A stretch of 64,000 nt of DNA from Lentisphaerota bacterium (GTDB lineage: Bacteria; Verrucomicrobiota; Kiritimatiellia; UBA8416; VGWI01), in assembly GCA_016873655.1 (NCBI GenBank), contig VGWI01000001.1, forward strand, positions 3,343 through 67,342, read 5' to 3'. Made by a program: the position numbers and the translations under genes. Below are positions 15,238-26,679 of the stretch, piece by piece (the stretch's first letter is position 1; each line of letters opens with the position of its first letter). The notes under the pieces are model-generated. The model worked only from the letters and a program-made list of their open reading frames with translations, was not told the origin of the DNA and ran no database searches.

Positions 15238-15615
15238 ATGCCCACAATTAATCAGCTTGTGCGCAAGGGACGCCGTCAGGCGAAGAAGAAGAGCAAATCA
15301 CCGGCGCTCGCAGCATGTGGGCAGAGAAGGGGTGTTTGCCTTTCGGTGAAGACAATGACGCCGAAGAAGCCGAACTCGGCCCTGCGCAAGGTTGCGCGAG
15401 TGCGTTTGACTACCGGGTTCGAGGTGACCGCCTATATTCCGGGGGTGGGGCACAACCTTCAGGAGCACAGTGTTGTGCTCGTGAGGGGCGGAAGGGTGAA
15501 GGATTTGCCGGGTGTTCGCTATCACATTGTCCGCGGCGCATTTGACTCGCTTGGTGTGGATGGGCGCCGCCGCGGCCGTTCTAAGTACGGGGTCAAGCGA
15601 CCCCAGAAGAGCTAG
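15238..15615 (+). CDS. rpsL: 30S ribosomal protein S12
   Basis: [12 protein letters not shown]...[59 protein letters not shown] is near-canonical S12. Confidence 0.97.
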   Translation: MPTINQLVRKGRRQAKKKSKSPALAACGQRRGVCLSVKTMTPKKPNSALRKVARVRLTTGFEVTAYIPGVGHNLQEHSVVLVRGGRVKDLPGVRYHIVRGAFDSLGVDGRRRGRSKYGVKRPQKS

Positions 15616-15632
15616 GGAGACGGTACTCAGCC

Positions 15633-16106
15633 ATGTCGCGAAGGCGTAGAGCGAATAAACGGAGTTTGACGGCCGATCCGAAGTTCAACAACGAGCTCGT
15701 GGCCAGGGTGACCAGCTACGTGATGGTTGAGGGCAAGCGTTCGGTTGCGGAGAAGATCGTGTACGGCGCTCTTGATCAGATCAAGCAGCAGATGGAAGAC
15801 CAGGATCCGCTCGAGGTGTTGACCAGGGCTGTTGACAACGTGAAGCCGAAGGTGGAGGTCCGGTCCAGGCGGGTCGGCGGCGCCACGTATCAGGTTCCCG
15901 TTGAAGTGAGCAGGAACAGGCAGCTTGCGCTTGCGTTGCGGTGGATTGTTCAGCTCTGCAGGTCGCGCAAGGGGACTCCGATGGAGAAGGCGCTGGCCAT
16001 GGAGCTGATGGAGGCGTTCAAGAACCAGGGCAACGCGGTGAAGAAGCGTGACGACACGCACCGCATGGCCCAGGCAAACAAGGCTTTTGCCCACTACGCG
16101 TGGTAG
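15633..16106 (+). CDS. rpsG: 30S ribosomal protein S7
   Basis: S7 family ([10 protein letters not shown]...). Confidence 0.95.
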   Translation: MSRRRRANKRSLTADPKFNNELVARVTSYVMVEGKRSVAEKIVYGALDQIKQQMEDQDPLEVLTRAVDNVKPKVEVRSRRVGGATYQVPVEVSRNRQLALALRWIVQLCRSRKGTPMEKALAMELMEAFKNQGNAVKKRDDTHRMAQANKAFAHYAW

Positions 16107-16146
16107 AGGGGGCGTGTCCGGAGGCATCCGGGCGCGGCGAATCAAG

Positions 16147-18282
16147 ATGGTAGCGGTATTGGACCGGAAATCAACAGAGCACGGGCAGGGCGGTAAGGAT
16201 GGCCGTGAGGCGTCCGACCGTCTGCGTCCCCTCTCCATGGTGCGCAACATCGGGATCATAGCGCACATTGATGCCGGGAAGACCACGACCACCGAGCGGA
16301 TGCTCTACTATGCCGGCAAAGTTCACAAGATGGGTGAAGTGCATGACGGCACCGCGGTGATGGACTGGATGGCGCAGGAGAAGGAGCGTGGCATTACCAT
16401 CACAAGCGCCGCGACGACGTGTTTCTGGCGTGATTGCCAGGTGAACGTGATTGACACGCCGGGGCATGTTGATTTCACGGTCGAGGTTGAGAGATCGCTG
16501 CGTGTTCTTGACGGCGCGGTGGGCGTTTTCTGTGCGGTCGGAGGCGTTCAGCCCCAGTCCGAAACCGTGTGGCGCCAGGCCAACAAGTACGGTGTGCCGC
16601 GGCTGGCGTTTGTGAACAAGATGGACCGGATGGGTGCGGACTTCGGCAGGGTTGTGACGGCGATGAGGAACAAGCTCGGGTGCAATGCCGTTCCGGTGCA
16701 TCTGCCTATCGGCGCTGAAGAGAGTTTTGACGGGGTTGTGGACCTGGTTTCGATGAAAGCGCTGCGCTTTGTGGGAGACGATCTCGGGAAGACGGTGCGC
16801 GAGGATGCGATACCTTCCGGGATGGCGGGCGTCGCGGAGCAGGCGCGCAACAGGCTTGTCGAGGCCGTTGCCGAGAGGGACGAAACGGTGCTCGATGCGT
16901 ACCTTGCTGGTGCGGACGTTGCCGCAGACGTCCTGAGAGCCGGGATAAGGCGCGCGACCGTTGCCGGTGCGATTGTTCCGGTGCTGTGCGGGTCGGCGCT
17001 GCGCAACAAGGGTGTGCAGGCGATACTCGATGCGGTGGTAGATTATCTTCCGTCTCCGCTGGATGTGCCTGTTCTCAAGGCTCACAAGATCAATTCGGAC
17101 GAGACGGTTGACCGGGCGGCAGATGATTTCGCCCCGCTTTCGTCGCTTGTGTTCAAGGTTGCAGCGGACTCGTACGTCGGTCGAATGATGTACGTGCGGG
17201 TTTACTCGGGAAGACTTCGCCGCGGTCAGAACGTTTACAACGCGCGGACAAAGCGCCGCGAGCGGATTCTCAAGCTTGTGCGTTTGCATGCAGACAGCCG
17301 GGAGGAAACAGAGAGTCTTGATTCGGGCGAGATCGGCGGAATAGCCGGACTGAAGGATGCGACGACGGGCGACACGCTCTGTGCCGAGAACGCAGCTGTT
17401 GAGCTTGAGAGGATCCGTTTTCCCGAGCCGGTCGTTTTCATGGCGATCGAACCCAGAACGAGGGCGGACAAGGACAGGCTGGAGGAGTCGCTTTCGGCTC
17501 TTGTTTCCGAGGATCCGACGTGCGTGCTCAGGACGGACGATGACACTGGCCAGCGTATCATAGGCGGGATGGGTGAGCTTCATCTCGAGATTATTCTCGA
17601 CAGGCTGCACAGGGAATACGGCGTGCAGGCCAACACCGGCAAGCCGATGGTTGCCTACCACGAGACGCTCAGGCAGGAGGCTCAGGCGGATGGTGTGTTT
17701 GACCGTGAGATAGGCGGGCGCCGCCACTTTGCGGCTGTCTCGTTGAGAGTGTCTCCCGGCCAACGGGGGTCAGGAGTTGACGTGAGGATAGAGGCTGGCA
17801 CATCCGAGATCCCGGCGGAGTACAGGCAGCATGTTGAGCAGGGCGTTCGCGACGGCCTTGCGACGGGAGTGCTGTGCAGGTATCCGATGGCTGATGTCCT
17901 GGCGGTCGTTACCGGCGGCCGTTTCGATGTGGAATCAGTGTCGGATGTGGCGTTCAGAACCGCGGCGGTGCTTGCATTTCGCGATGCGGCGCAGCTTGCC
18001 GGGCCTGAGTTGCTTGAACCGGTGATGGATCTTGAAATTCTGGTCCCGGACGAGTTTCTCGGTGACGTCCTGACCGACATAAGCGCGCGCCGCGGGCGGG
18101 TTCGCGATGTGGCGGCGGAGGAGGGCGGCAAGGCGGTGCGCGCCGAAGCGCCGCTTGCGGAGCTTTTCGGTTACACGACGGCAGTGAGGTCGCTTTCGCG
18201 GGGGCGCGCCTCATACACGATGGAACCGTGCGGATTTGAGGTTGTGCCGCAGAGTATAGTGAACCAGATCGTCAACAGGTGA
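16147..18282 (+). CDS. fusA: elongation factor G
   Basis: G-domain motifs [19 protein letters not shown] and NKMD, plus all EF-G domains. Start is ambiguous: ATG 16147 gives a ~30-aa N-terminal extension, while ATG 16237 gives MVRNIGI. Confidence 0.9.
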   Translation: MVAVLDRKSTEHGQGGKDGREASDRLRPLSMVRNIGIIAHIDAGKTTTTERMLYYAGKVHKMGEVHDGTAVMDWMAQEKERGITITSAATTCFWRDCQVNVIDTPGHVDFTVEVERSLRVLDGAVGVFCAVGGVQPQSETVWRQANKYGVPRLAFVNKMDRMGADFGRVVTAMRNKLGCNAVPVHLPIGAEESFDGVVDLVSMKALRFVGDDLGKTVREDAIPSGMAGVAEQARNRLVEAVAERDETVLDAYLAGADVAADVLRAGIRRATVAGAIVPVLCGSALRNKGVQAILDAVVDYLPSPLDVPVLKAHKINSDETVDRAADDFAPLSSLVFKVAADSYVGRMMYVRVYSGRLRRGQNVYNARTKRRERILKLVRLHADSREETESLDSGEIGGIAGLKDATTGDTLCAENAAVELERIRFPEPVVFMAIEPRTRADKDRLEESLSALVSEDPTCVLRTDDDTGQRIIGGMGELHLEIILDRLHREYGVQANTGKPMVAYHETLRQEAQADGVFDREIGGRRHFAAVSLRVSPGQRGSGVDVRIEAGTSEIPAEYRQHVEQGVRDGLATGVLCRYPMADVLAVVTGGRFDVESVSDVAFRTAAVLAFRDAAQLAGPELLEPVMDLEILVPDEFLGDVLTDISARRGRVRDVAAEEGGKAVRAEAPLAELFGYTTAVRSLSRGRASYTMEPCGFEVVPQSIVNQIVNR

Positions 18283-18289
18283 TTATCAC

Positions 18290-18598
18290 ATGGAAGGTCA
18301 GCGAATAAGAATACGACTTCAGGCCTACGACCACAGCGTGCTCGATCAGGCCGTGGCGGACATCATTGATACCGCCAAGGGAACGGGCGCCCAGGTTGTG
18401 GGGCCCACGCCACTGCCGACCCGCATGGAGCGGTTTACGGTCAACAGGAGTCCGCACGTGGACAAGAAGTCCATGGACCAGTTCGAGATGCGGACGCACA
18501 AGAGGCTGCTGGACATTGTCGGGCCGACGGCAAAGACCGTCGACGAGTTGAAGAAATTGAATCTGCCCGCAGGGGTGGACATCACTATCAAGGTTTGA
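18290..18598 (+). CDS. rpsJ: 30S ribosomal protein S10
   Basis: [41 protein letters not shown] is canonical S10. It lies only 7 bp after fusA, with no tuf between them. Confidence 0.95.
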   Translation: MEGQRIRIRLQAYDHSVLDQAVADIIDTAKGTGAQVVGPTPLPTRMERFTVNRSPHVDKKSMDQFEMRTHKRLLDIVGPTAKTVDELKKLNLPAGVDITIKV

Positions 18599-19236
18599 GT
18601 ACCGCCATGGATGGACTGATCGGAAGAAAGCAGGGAATGACGCAGGTATACGACGCGGACGGCCGTCTTGTGACGGTGACGGTTCTCGAAGTGGGCCCCT
18701 GCGTGGTTGTTCAGCGCAAGACCGTGGAAAACGACGGGTACAGCGCGGTTCAGCTCGGGTTCGGGGAGCAGAAGGAGCACAGGGTAGGCAAGTGCGGGAT
18801 GGGGCGTTTCAAGAAGGCCGGCACATCCGCATGCAAGGCTCTGAGCGAATTCCCTGTTGCCGAGGGCGATGAGGCCAAGGCCGGTGACAGGGTGAGCGCA
18901 TCCGTTCTTGACGGTGTGACGCACGTGGATGTTACCGGGATGAGCAAGGGCAAGGGTTTTCAGGGCGTGGTGAGACGCTGGCGCATGGCCGGCGGTCCCA
19001 GCACTCACGGGCATACGTCGCACAGGAGGATCGGCGCCATCGGTCAGCGTGCGACCCCGGGCAGGGTTGCCAAGGGGCACAGGATGCCGGGGCACATGGG
19101 GCATGTGCGTGTTACGAAGCAGAATTTGAAGGTGGTTGAACTCCGCGGCGAGGAGAACCTCTTGCTGGTGCGGGGCGCGGTGCCCGGCCCCAACGGGGCG
19201 CTCGTGATCGTTCGGAAAGCATTGAAGAAGAGGTAG
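18595..19236 (+). CDS. rplC: 50S ribosomal protein L3
   Basis: L3 family ([14 protein letters not shown]...). Confidence 0.95.
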   Translation: MSTAMDGLIGRKQGMTQVYDADGRLVTVTVLEVGPCVVVQRKTVENDGYSAVQLGFGEQKEHRVGKCGMGRFKKAGTSACKALSEFPVAEGDEAKAGDRVSASVLDGVTHVDVTGMSKGKGFQGVVRRWRMAGGPSTHGHTSHRRIGAIGQRATPGRVAKGHRMPGHMGHVRVTKQNLKVVELRGEENLLLVRGAVPGPNGALVIVRKALKKR

Positions 19237-19240
19237 GCGA

Positions 19241-19891
19241 TTGCCGATGAGCAAGCTTGCTGTTTGTGACATGAAAGGGACCGCGGTCGGCGAATTTGAA
19301 ATTGCCGACGAGCGGCTTGTGCTCCGAAAGGGCGAGCAGGCGGTGAAGGACGTTGTTACGGCCTACCGCAATGCCATTCGGGCAGGCACCGCTTCTACTC
19401 TGGGCAAGGGAGATGTCGCCGGCTCAAACAAGAAGCCCTGGCGGCAGAAGGGGACTGGGCAGGCCCGCAGCGGCTACCGGCAGTCTCCCATTTGGCGTGG
19501 CGGCGGAGTGGCATTCGGCCCGAAGCCGCGGTCGTACGCGCAGAAGATTAATCGCAAGGTTGCCCGTCTTGCCTTTCAGCGTGCGCTCAGCCAGAAGATA
19601 AGCGACGGCCAGGTGCGCGTGCTTGAGTCGCTGGACATTCCGGAGCCCAAGACGAAGGTCGTTACCGGTCTTCTGAAGGCGATGGGAGTTACCGGGAGCG
19701 TGCTGGTGGTTGTTGACGCCGTGAGTCCTGAGATTGCGCTCGCATGCAGAAACTTGCCGCGTCTCTCTCTGGCCACGGCTTCCGAGGTGAATGTTTACGA
19801 GCTGCTTCAGCATTCGACCGTTGTGGCCACGCGGCAGGCGATGAAGGACCTGGAGGCGAGGTTGGGCGGCGGTGCGGGGAAGGCGGAATGA
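19241..19891 (+). CDS. rplD: 50S ribosomal protein L4
   Basis: L4 family; S10 operon order. Confidence 0.9.
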   Translation: MPMSKLAVCDMKGTAVGEFEIADERLVLRKGEQAVKDVVTAYRNAIRAGTASTLGKGDVAGSNKKPWRQKGTGQARSGYRQSPIWRGGGVAFGPKPRSYAQKINRKVARLAFQRALSQKISDGQVRVLESLDIPEPKTKVVTGLLKAMGVTGSVLVVVDAVSPEIALACRNLPRLSLATASEVNVYELLQHSTVVATRQAMKDLEARLGGGAGKAE

Positions 19892-20175
19892 AAGACGCTG
19901 GCGATATCATAAGGGACATACAGGCGACCGAGAAGAGCGCCGGGCTTGGCGAGAAGCAGAGAAAGTACTTCTTCCGAGTGGCGCCGGACGCGAACAAGAT
20001 AGAGATCAAGCGCGCGGTCGAGGAGTTGTTCAAGGTTTCGGTTGCCGAAGTCAACACGATGAACTACTTCGGCAAGAAGAAGCGGGTGCGCGGTCCGAAG
20101 TACGGGCGTAAGCCTGACTGGAAGCGTGCGGTAGTGACTCTCAAGGAAGGCGGAAAGATAGATCTCACGGCGTAG
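19888..20175 (+). CDS. rplW: 50S ribosomal protein L23
   Basis: [17 protein letters not shown]...[23 protein letters not shown] is L23. ATGA overlap with the rplD stop; the ORF-track start 19744 is an upstream extension. Confidence 0.9.
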   Translation: MKDAGDIIRDIQATEKSAGLGEKQRKYFFRVAPDANKIEIKRAVEELFKVSVAEVNTMNYFGKKKRVRGPKYGRKPDWKRAVVTLKEGGKIDLTA

Positions 20176-20206
20176 GCCGTGGGTGGGCAGGGGGAGTTGG
20201 CAAGAC

Positions 20207-21031
20207 ATGGGTATCAAGAGCTATAGACCTACGACGCCGAGCCGGCGGTACATGACCGTCTCGACGTTTGAGGAGATCACCCGCGGGAAGCCTGAGCGGT
20301 CACTGCTGAAGCCGATGAAGAAGAAGGCCGGCCGCAACGCTGCGGGGCGTATTACGTGCCGGCACAAAGGCGGCGGGCACAAGAGGCGTTACCGGTTGAT
20401 AGATTTCCGGCGGGATAAGATCGGGATACCCGCGAAGGTTGCGGCCATAGAATACGACCCCAACCGTTCGGCGAGGATTGCGCTGTTGAACTACGTGGAC
20501 GGCGAGAAGCGCTACATACTGGCTCCGGCCGGTTTGTCGGTGGGCGACGTCCTTCTGTCCGGCCCGGACGCGGAGCCGACCAGCGGAAATGCTTTGCCGC
20601 TGGACCGGATACCTCTGGGGCTGGCTGTCCACAACATCGAGGTGGAGCCTGGCAGGGGCGGGAGACTTGTGCGGGGCGCAGGCGGCAGCGCGCAGTTGAT
20701 GTCGAGGGAAGGCGGGTTCGCCAACGTGAAGCTGCCTTCGGGCGAGATCAGGATGATTCGAGTGGACTGCATGGCGACCGTCGGTCAGATCGGTAATCCC
20801 GAGCACAGTTCAATCAGCGACGGCAAGGCAGGGCGTCGGCGCTGGCGCGGAGTGCGTCCGACGGTGCGCGGTGTTGTAATGAACCCTGTGGATCATCCGA
20901 TGGGCGGCGGCGAGGGCCGCAGCTCCGGCGGCGGGCATCCGGTTTCCCCGTGGGGCAAGCTTGCGAAGGGCGGCAAGACGAGGCCGCGGCGCAAGCCATC
21001 AAACCGGTTCATCGTGAAACGGAGAAAGTAG
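20207..21031 (+). CDS. rplB: 50S ribosomal protein L2
   Basis: [14 protein letters not shown]...[18 protein letters not shown] is canonical L2. RBS GGGGAG precedes ATG 20207. Confidence 0.95.
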   Translation: MGIKSYRPTTPSRRYMTVSTFEEITRGKPERSLLKPMKKKAGRNAAGRITCRHKGGGHKRRYRLIDFRRDKIGIPAKVAAIEYDPNRSARIALLNYVDGEKRYILAPAGLSVGDVLLSGPDAEPTSGNALPLDRIPLGLAVHNIEVEPGRGGRLVRGAGGSAQLMSREGGFANVKLPSGEIRMIRVDCMATVGQIGNPEHSSISDGKAGRRRWRGVRPTVRGVVMNPVDHPMGGGEGRSSGGGHPVSPWGKLAKGGKTRPRRKPSNRFIVKRRK

Positions 21032-21032
21032 C

Positions 21033-21317
21033 ATGGCGCGTTCCATAAAGAAGGGCCCGTACGTAGACGAGAAGCTCATGAAGAAGGTTGAGCGGCTCAA
21101 CAAGCTCCGCGAGAAGCGGCCCATCAAGACATGGGCGAGGCGCTCGATGATAGCGCCTGATTTCGTGGGGCACACGTTTGCCATTCACAACGGCAAGCAG
21201 CACGTCTCGATATTTGTTACTGAAAACATGGTCGGGCACCGGCTTGGAGAGTTTGTCCCCACTAGAACCTTCCGTAAGCACGGTGTTCACACGGACAAGA
21301 CGACCACCCTCAAGTAA
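21033..21317 (+). CDS. rpsS: 30S ribosomal protein S19
   Basis: [19 protein letters not shown]...[28 protein letters not shown] matches S19. Confidence 0.97.
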   Translation: MARSIKKGPYVDEKLMKKVERLNKLREKRPIKTWARRSMIAPDFVGHTFAIHNGKQHVSIFVTENMVGHRLGEFVPTRTFRKHGVHTDKTTTLK

Positions 21318-21333
21318 GGACGGGCAGGAACCC

Positions 21334-21678
21334 ATGGAAGTGACGGCGACAAGCAGGTTTGTGCGGATGCAGCCGGGCAAGGCGAGGCCGATTGCGCGGA
21401 AGCTGCGGGGAATGAGTGTTGGCGAGGCGCTGCGGACTGCGGAGCTCTGCGGTCGAAAGGCCGGCGGGATCATAGGCAAGACGCTGAAGAGTGCGATCGC
21501 GAATGCCGAGAACAATGCAAAGCTGGCGGTGGACGAGTTGCGCGTGAAGGAAGCCATCGTTGACGAGGGGCCGCTGTTCAGGCGGTACTGGCCTCGTGCG
21601 AGAGGCATGGCGCGGCGAATCCGCCGGAAGACGTGTCACGTCAAGATAGTGCTTACCGACGGGGGCACGGCGGGTTGA
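21334..21678 (+). CDS. rplV: 50S ribosomal protein L22
   Basis: MEVTATSRFVRMQPGKARPIARKLRGMSVGEAL matches L22. The annotated ORF start 21178 overlaps rpsS. Confidence 0.9.
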   Translation: MEVTATSRFVRMQPGKARPIARKLRGMSVGEALRTAELCGRKAGGIIGKTLKSAIANAENNAKLAVDELRVKEAIVDEGPLFRRYWPRARGMARRIRRKTCHVKIVLTDGGTAG

Positions 21679-21736
21679 TCCGCTTTTTCGCAGAGGCGCT
21701 GGCCATAACGGCGGCGACCGGGAAGGAGTCATAGCC

Positions 21737-22402
21737 TTGGGACAGAAAGCAAATCCGATCGGCATGCGGGTCGCCGTGACGAAGAACTGGCGTGCTCGCT
21801 GGTTCGGTGACAAGCGGGTTTTCGGGGATCTTTTGAACGAGGATCTCAAGATCCGGGATCTCATGAAGAAGCGTTTGCAGAATGCGGCGGTGGCGGACAT
21901 GCTGATTGAGCGCTACGCGAACCGGGTGCGCATAACGATCATGACGGCCAGGCCGGGGATCGTCATCGGCCGGAAGGGGCAGGACCTGGAGCGAATCCGG
22001 GGTGAGCTTGCGGCGATGACGAAGAAGGAAATCTACATCGAGATCCGCGAGGTGAAGTCTCCGGATACGAACGCGCAGCTGGTTGCCGAGAGCATAGCGC
22101 TTCAGATCGAGAGACGTGTTTCGTTCAGGCGTGCAATCAAGCGTGCGGCGAAGCTCGCGATGGACCTGGGTGCCCAGGGCATAAAGGCGCAGGTAAGCGG
22201 TCGGCTGGGCGGGGGTGAACTTGCGCGGTTTGAGTCGCACAAGGAAGGGAAGACGCCTCTGCACACGCTTCGCGCGAACATTGACTATGGTTTTGCCGAG
22301 GCCGCGACCCAGGCGGGGCGGATCGGTGTGAAGGTATGGATTTGCCACGGGAACGACCCCGCGGCGGACGGAAGGAAGGGCGCAAATGCCATTGATGCCT
22401 AA
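21737..22402 (+). CDS. rpsC: 30S ribosomal protein S3
   Basis: [23 protein letters not shown] with KH and C-terminal domains is canonical S3. Confidence 0.95.
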   Translation: MGQKANPIGMRVAVTKNWRARWFGDKRVFGDLLNEDLKIRDLMKKRLQNAAVADMLIERYANRVRITIMTARPGIVIGRKGQDLERIRGELAAMTKKEIYIEIREVKSPDTNAQLVAESIALQIERRVSFRRAIKRAAKLAMDLGAQGIKAQVSGRLGGGELARFESHKEGKTPLHTLRANIDYGFAEAATQAGRIGVKVWICHGNDPAADGRKGANAIDA

Positions 22403-22802
22403 GCGGGTTAAGCACCGCAAGGTGCAACGCGGCAGCCGCTCGGGCATTGCGAGCGGCGGTTTCAAGCTGGCGTTCGGTGATTTCGGGCTGAAGTCGCTTG
22501 ACCGGGGATGGGTGAAGGCCACGCAGATTGAGGCATGTCGTGTTTCGATCAATCGGCACATGAAGCGACGCGGGAAGATGTGGATACGTGTTTTTCCCGA
22601 CAAGCCCATCACGAAGAAGCCGATAGAAACCCGTATGGGCAAGGGCAAGGGAAATCCGGAGTTCTGGGTTGCCGTTGTGCGGCCGGGCACGGTGTTGTTC
22701 GAGCTGTCCGGTGTTCCGGAGAGCATGGCCAGGGAGGCCTTGCGGCTGGCGGACGCCAAGCTCGGGATACGCACAAGGTACGTTTCCCGGCACGGGCATT
22801 GA
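22386..22802 (+). CDS. rplP: 50S ribosomal protein L16
   Basis: [25 protein letters not shown] matches L16. Confidence 0.95.
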   Translation: MPLMPKRVKHRKVQRGSRSGIASGGFKLAFGDFGLKSLDRGWVKATQIEACRVSINRHMKRRGKMWIRVFPDKPITKKPIETRMGKGKGNPEFWVAVVRPGTVLFELSGVPESMAREALRLADAKLGIRTRYVSRHGH

Positions 22803-22830
22803 CTCGGAGCCGGTCACGGAGGCGTTGACG

Positions 22831-23046
22831 ATGAAGGCCAGCAGGTACAGAGAGATGAGCGGCGAGGAACTCGCGCAGTCGTTCCGCGAACAGCGCAGGG
22901 GTCTTGTCGATATGCGGACGATGAAGGGGAGCGGCGGCGAAGCCGAATCGCCGATAAAGATGAGGGGTCGCCGCAGGGATATCGCGCGCGTGCTTACCGT
23001 CATGCGCGAACGGGAGTTGAGCAATGTCTCAGGCAAGCAGCAGTAG
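22831..23046 (+). CDS. rpmC: 50S ribosomal protein L29
   Basis: 71-aa helical protein MKASRYREMSGEELAQSFREQRRGLVDMR at the L29 position. It is embedded in the longer ORF 22669..23046, which overlaps rplP. Confidence 0.85.
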   Translation: MKASRYREMSGEELAQSFREQRRGLVDMRTMKGSGGEAESPIKMRGRRRDIARVLTVMRERELSNVSGKQQ

Positions 23047-23311
23047 CCGGGGAGTCAGACGGCAGCAGAAGGGCACGGTTGTCAGCAAGAGCGGCAACAA
23101 GACAATCGTGGTCGAAACGGAACGGCGCTACCGCCACTCCGAGTACGGCAAGGTGCTGCGTCGGAAGCAGCGCTTTCATGCGCATGACGAAGACAATGCG
23201 GCGTCGCAGGGCGACAAGGTTGTCATTCGCGAGTGCAGGCCGATGAGCAGGATGAAGCGGTGGGTTCTGGTGTCTGTCACCCAGAAGAGCGCTGCAATCG
23301 CAGCCGAGTGA
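23024..23311 (+). CDS. rpsQ: 30S ribosomal protein S17
   Basis: ...[50 protein letters not shown] matches S17. Confidence 0.9.
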   Translation: MSQASSSSRGVRRQQKGTVVSKSGNKTIVVETERRYRHSEYGKVLRRKQRFHAHDEDNAASQGDKVVIRECRPMSRMKRWVLVSVTQKSAAIAAE

Positions 23312-23318
23312 GGTAGTC

Positions 23319-23684
23319 ATGATTCAGGAATACACCGATCTTGTTGTTGCGGACAACACGGGCGCCAAAAGGGCGCGGTGTTTCCGTATTCTCGGCCAAA
23401 GGAAGCAGTACGCGCATATTGGTGACATCATACGGGTGTCCGTGCGCGAAGCGCAGCCGAACGGCATGGTGAAGAAGGGGCAGGTTTGCAGAGCGCTGGT
23501 GGTGCGGACGACGCAGCCCATACGCAGGCCGGACGGCAGTGTGCTGCGGTTTGACAATAACGCGGTGGTGCTGGTTGACGGCACCGATAACCCTATGGGG
23601 TCGCGCGTTTTCGGGCCGGTGGCCCGTGAACTGCGGGACAAGAACTACATGAAGGTGATTTCGCTGGCGCCCGAAGTACTGTAG
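23319..23684 (+). CDS. rplN: 50S ribosomal protein L14
   Basis: [26 protein letters not shown]...matches L14. Confidence 0.97.
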   Translation: MIQEYTDLVVADNTGAKRARCFRILGQRKQYAHIGDIIRVSVREAQPNGMVKKGQVCRALVVRTTQPIRRPDGSVLRFDNNAVVLVDGTDNPMGSRVFGPVARELRDKNYMKVISLAPEVL

Positions 23685-23721
23685 GCGTGACAGCCGGGCG
23701 GGCCGCGACTGGAGAGCAACA

Positions 23722-24042
23722 GTGAGTTTGCAGAGGATCAGGAAAGGCGACGTGGTTATCGCGGTTTCCGGTGTCGGCGCCGGGAAGACCGGCAAGGTGC
23801 TGGAGGTTCTTCCGGGCCGTGGGATGGCGGTTGTGGAGGGTCTGAACATAGTCAAGAAGGCCGTCCGCAAGAGCCAGAAGAACCCGCAAGGCGGATTTCT
23901 GGAGCGGGAGGCGCCGGTTCGAATGGCGAAGCTGATGCTTTACTGCCCGCATGACAAGAAGGGTGTGCGGATGGCCAGGGTTCGTGACGGGGATACACTG
24001 GTCCGCAAGTGCAAGGTGTGCGGGCACGTGTTTGGAGGCTGA
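23722..24042 (+). CDS. rplX: 50S ribosomal protein L24
   Basis: KOW motif IRKGDVVIAVSGVGAGKTGKVL; GTG start. Confidence 0.9.
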   Translation: MSLQRIRKGDVVIAVSGVGAGKTGKVLEVLPGRGMAVVEGLNIVKKAVRKSQKNPQGGFLEREAPVRMAKLMLYCPHDKKGVRMARVRDGDTLVRKCKVCGHVFGG

Positions 24043-24050
24043 ATCAAGAC

Positions 24051-24587
24051 ATGGCGACTTTGAAAGAAAAGTACCGTAGCGAAGTGGTCCAGAAGCTTCA
24101 GGAGCAACTGGGCATTGCGAACCGCCTGCGCGTCCCGCGTCTGACGAAGGTGGTCGTCAACATGGGGATGGGGATACGTGACAAGGACGTCATCAAGCGC
24201 CTGACCGACGAATTGACAACGATCGCCGGGCAGAAGCCGGTGCAGACCAAGGCTCGAAAGAGCATATCGAACTTCAAGCTCCGCGAGGGGATGGTGATTG
24301 GCGCGATGGTCACATTGCGCGGAGACAGGATGTACGAGTTCCTTGACAGGCTGATCAATGCCGCGATCCCGCGTATTCGCGACTTCCGGGGGTTGTCCAC
24401 GCGCGGGTTCGATTCCAGGGGCAACTACACGCTCGGGATCAAGGATCAGACGATTTTCCCTGAGCTGGATCCCGACCAGATCAAGGAAGCGCAGGGGATG
24501 GACATCACGATTGTCACGACGGCACGGGACCGGGCAGAGGCGCTTGCGCTGCTTCGCGCCCTAGGGATGCCGTTTGCGGAGAACTAG
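24051..24587 (+). CDS. rplE: 50S ribosomal protein L5
   Basis: [39 protein letters not shown] matches L5. The ORF-track start 24009 is an upstream extension. Confidence 0.93.
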   Translation: MATLKEKYRSEVVQKLQEQLGIANRLRVPRLTKVVVNMGMGIRDKDVIKRLTDELTTIAGQKPVQTKARKSISNFKLREGMVIGAMVTLRGDRMYEFLDRLINAAIPRIRDFRGLSTRGFDSRGNYTLGIKDQTIFPELDPDQIKEAQGMDITIVTTARDRAEALALLRALGMPFAEN

Positions 24588-24600
24588 AGGAGGAACGGCT

Positions 24601-24786
24601 TTGGCCAAGAAGTGTTTGAGGGTAAAAGCGGAGCGGGGATCGAAGTTCCCGGTACGGAACTATAACCGCTGCCATCGCTGCGGGCGGCGCCGTGCCTACT
24701 ACCGGAAATTCGGTCTCTGCCGGATATGTCTCAGGGAGCTGGCAGTCAGCGGGCTGATTCCTGGGTTGACTAAGGCCAGTTGGTAG
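24601..24786 (+). CDS. rpsZ: 30S ribosomal protein S14 type Z (zinc-binding, 61 aa)
   Basis: C-x2-C...C-x2-C ([20 protein letters not shown]) and C-terminal [11 protein letters not shown]. Probable TTG start 24601, 6 nt after AGGAGG. The longer ORF from 24574 would overlap rplE. Confidence 0.8.
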   Translation: MAKKCLRVKAERGSKFPVRNYNRCHRCGRRRAYYRKFGLCRICLRELAVSGLIPGLTKASW

Positions 24787-24799
24787 GGGGATCGAAGAG

Positions 24800-25195
24800 A
24801 TGAGCATGAATGATCCTGTTGCGGACATGCTGAACCGGGTTCGCAACGCTTTAGCGGCAGGTCAGGAAGTCACCAAGATTCCTTACTCGAAGCTGAAGGG
24901 CGAGGTCTGCCGCGTATTGAAGCGCGAGGGGTACATTTCGGACTACACGGTTGACGGCAACGTCAAGAAGACGCTGCGTGTCTACCTGAAGTACGAGGAT
25001 GACCGCACACCGGTCATCAGGGGTGTGAAACGCGACAGCAAGCCCGGTTTGAGGCGCTATGTTTCGGCCTCGGATATGCCGAGAGTTCTTGGCGGCATGG
25101 GCATTGCCGTGCTCACGACGTCACAGGGCGTGATGACCGGCCACGATGCGCGGGAAAAGGGAATTGGCGGAGAAGTAATTTGCCGGGTCTGGTAG
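24800..25195 (+). CDS. rpsH: 30S ribosomal protein S8
   Basis: DPVADMLNRVRNALAAGQEVTKIPYSKLK matches S8. Confidence 0.95.
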   Translation: MSMNDPVADMLNRVRNALAAGQEVTKIPYSKLKGEVCRVLKREGYISDYTVDGNVKKTLRVYLKYEDDRTPVIRGVKRDSKPGLRRYVSASDMPRVLGGMGIAVLTTSQGVMTGHDAREKGIGGEVICRVW

Positions 25196-25232
25196 CGACG
25201 GTCGCTGCCGGGACCGTGAGGGAGAGGCAAGC

Positions 25233-25769
25233 ATGTCGAGAGTAGGTCAGAAGCCGGTGACATTGCCGGCTGGTATCAAGGTTGCGGTGCAGGGCAGGAA
25301 AGTGTCGGTGTCCGGCCCAAAGGGCGAACTGGCCTACAATCTGCCAGACGGCATTGACGTGGCCGTCGATGGAAGCGTTGTGTCTTTCCTCCGGGGTGGA
25401 GACACCCGCGAGCTGCGCAGTTTGCACGGGCTTGTCAGGAGTCTTGTTGCGAACATGGTTACCGGAGTGCAGCAGGGGTTTGTCAAGGAGCTGGAAATAC
25501 AGGGCGTTGGTTTCAAGGCGGCCGTGCAGGGGCAGAATCTGGTTCTGTCGCTCGGGTTTGCTTCGCCTGTGGAATACGAGATACCGACAGGCGTGAAGGT
25601 GGCCGTTGATGGCGGTGTAGCCATAACGGTGACCGGCGCCGACAGGCAACTGGTCGGTGATGTCGCGGCGAGAATCAGGGGGTATTTCCCTGCGGAGCCG
25701 TACAAGGGCAAGGGAATCAGGTACAAGGGTGAACGTGTACGGCGCAAGGTTGGCAAGACTGTTGCCTGA
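25233..25769 (+). CDS. rplF: 50S ribosomal protein L6
   Basis: MSRVGQKPVTLPAGIKVAV matches L6. Confidence 0.95.
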   Translation: MSRVGQKPVTLPAGIKVAVQGRKVSVSGPKGELAYNLPDGIDVAVDGSVVSFLRGGDTRELRSLHGLVRSLVANMVTGVQQGFVKELEIQGVGFKAAVQGQNLVLSLGFASPVEYEIPTGVKVAVDGGVAITVTGADRQLVGDVAARIRGYFPAEPYKGKGIRYKGERVRRKVGKTVA

Positions 25770-25799
25770 CGCCGGCGTCGATTCAGGGCGGACTTCAAG

Positions 25800-26171
25800 A
25801 TGAAAGAGCGACAGAACAGAAAAGTCTCGCGCGGGTTCAGGCACGCGAGGGTACGCAGGAAGGTGACCGGTACGCCGGACAGGCCTAGGATGGCGTTGAC
25901 CGCGTCGAACAGGCACCTCTACGTGCAGTTTGTTGACGACACGAACGGGGTGACTCTTGCTTCGGCTTCCTCGGAGAAAATCGAGGGGGCGAAGAAGAAC
26001 ATAGCCACCGCAAACACTGTGGGCCAGATGGCGGCTACGGCGGCGAAGGAGCAGGGCATCACGAGGGTTGTGATCGACAGAGGCGGGTTCAAGTTCCACG
26101 GCCGCATCAAGGCGATCGTAGACGCCGCCATAGCCCAGGGGCTGAAGATCCGGTCGGAGGAGGCATCGTGA
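25800..26171 (+). CDS. rplR: 50S ribosomal protein L18
   Basis: L18 family (...RLYVQFVDDTNGVTLASASS...). Confidence 0.9.
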   Translation: MKERQNRKVSRGFRHARVRRKVTGTPDRPRMALTASNRHLYVQFVDDTNGVTLASASSEKIEGAKKNIATANTVGQMAATAAKEQGITRVVIDRGGFKFHGRIKAIVDAAIAQGLKIRSEEAS

Positions 26172-26665
26172 ATCAGGCAGACACCCCAGTCCAGTCGGAT
26201 ATGGAGGAGAGGGTTGTATTCATCAACCGCACGTCCAAGGTGGTCAAGGGCGGCCGCAGGTTCAGTTTCAGCGCCGTTGTTGTCGTTGGCAACAGGAACG
26301 GCAGGGTCGGCTACGGGTTCGGCAAGGCGAATGAGGTAGCCGATGCGATCCGGAAGGCCGGCGACATGGCGCGCCGCGGCATGGTTGAGGTCACGATGCG
26401 GGGGCGGACCATACCCCATCCTGTCACGGGCTCGTGTGACGGCGGTCGGGTGCTGTTGATGCCGGCCGTGCCGGGCACCGGAGTCATCGCCGGCGGCGGT
26501 GTCCGCCCGGTGCTGGATGTTGCCGGCGTTCGCGACTGCCTTGCGAAGTCCATGAACAGCAAGAACCGGCTGAACGTTGTGAAGGCGACTTTCAACGCGC
26601 TGAGCAAGTTGCGTTCGAAGGCCGAGATCACCGCTGCGCGCAAGGCGACGGCGGGTTCCGTCTGA
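26168..26665 (+). CDS. rpsE: 30S ribosomal protein S5
   Basis: FINRTSKVVKGGRRFSFSAVVVVGNRNGRVGYGFGKANEV matches S5. Confidence 0.95.
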   Translation: MNQADTPVQSDMEERVVFINRTSKVVKGGRRFSFSAVVVVGNRNGRVGYGFGKANEVADAIRKAGDMARRGMVEVTMRGRTIPHPVTGSCDGGRVLLMPAVPGTGVIAGGGVRPVLDVAGVRDCLAKSMNSKNRLNVVKATFNALSKLRSKAEITAARKATAGSV

Positions 26666-26679
26666 GCGGGGAGAAGAAA

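Noticed and set aside
15161-15349. 62-aa ORF upstream of and overlapping rpsL
   Set aside because: It is out of frame with rpsL and Arg-rich, so it is a likely artefact. The region more plausibly holds the rpsL promoter and RBS.
16171-17763. 530-aa minus-strand ORF
   Set aside because: Antisense to fusA; the composition is junk.
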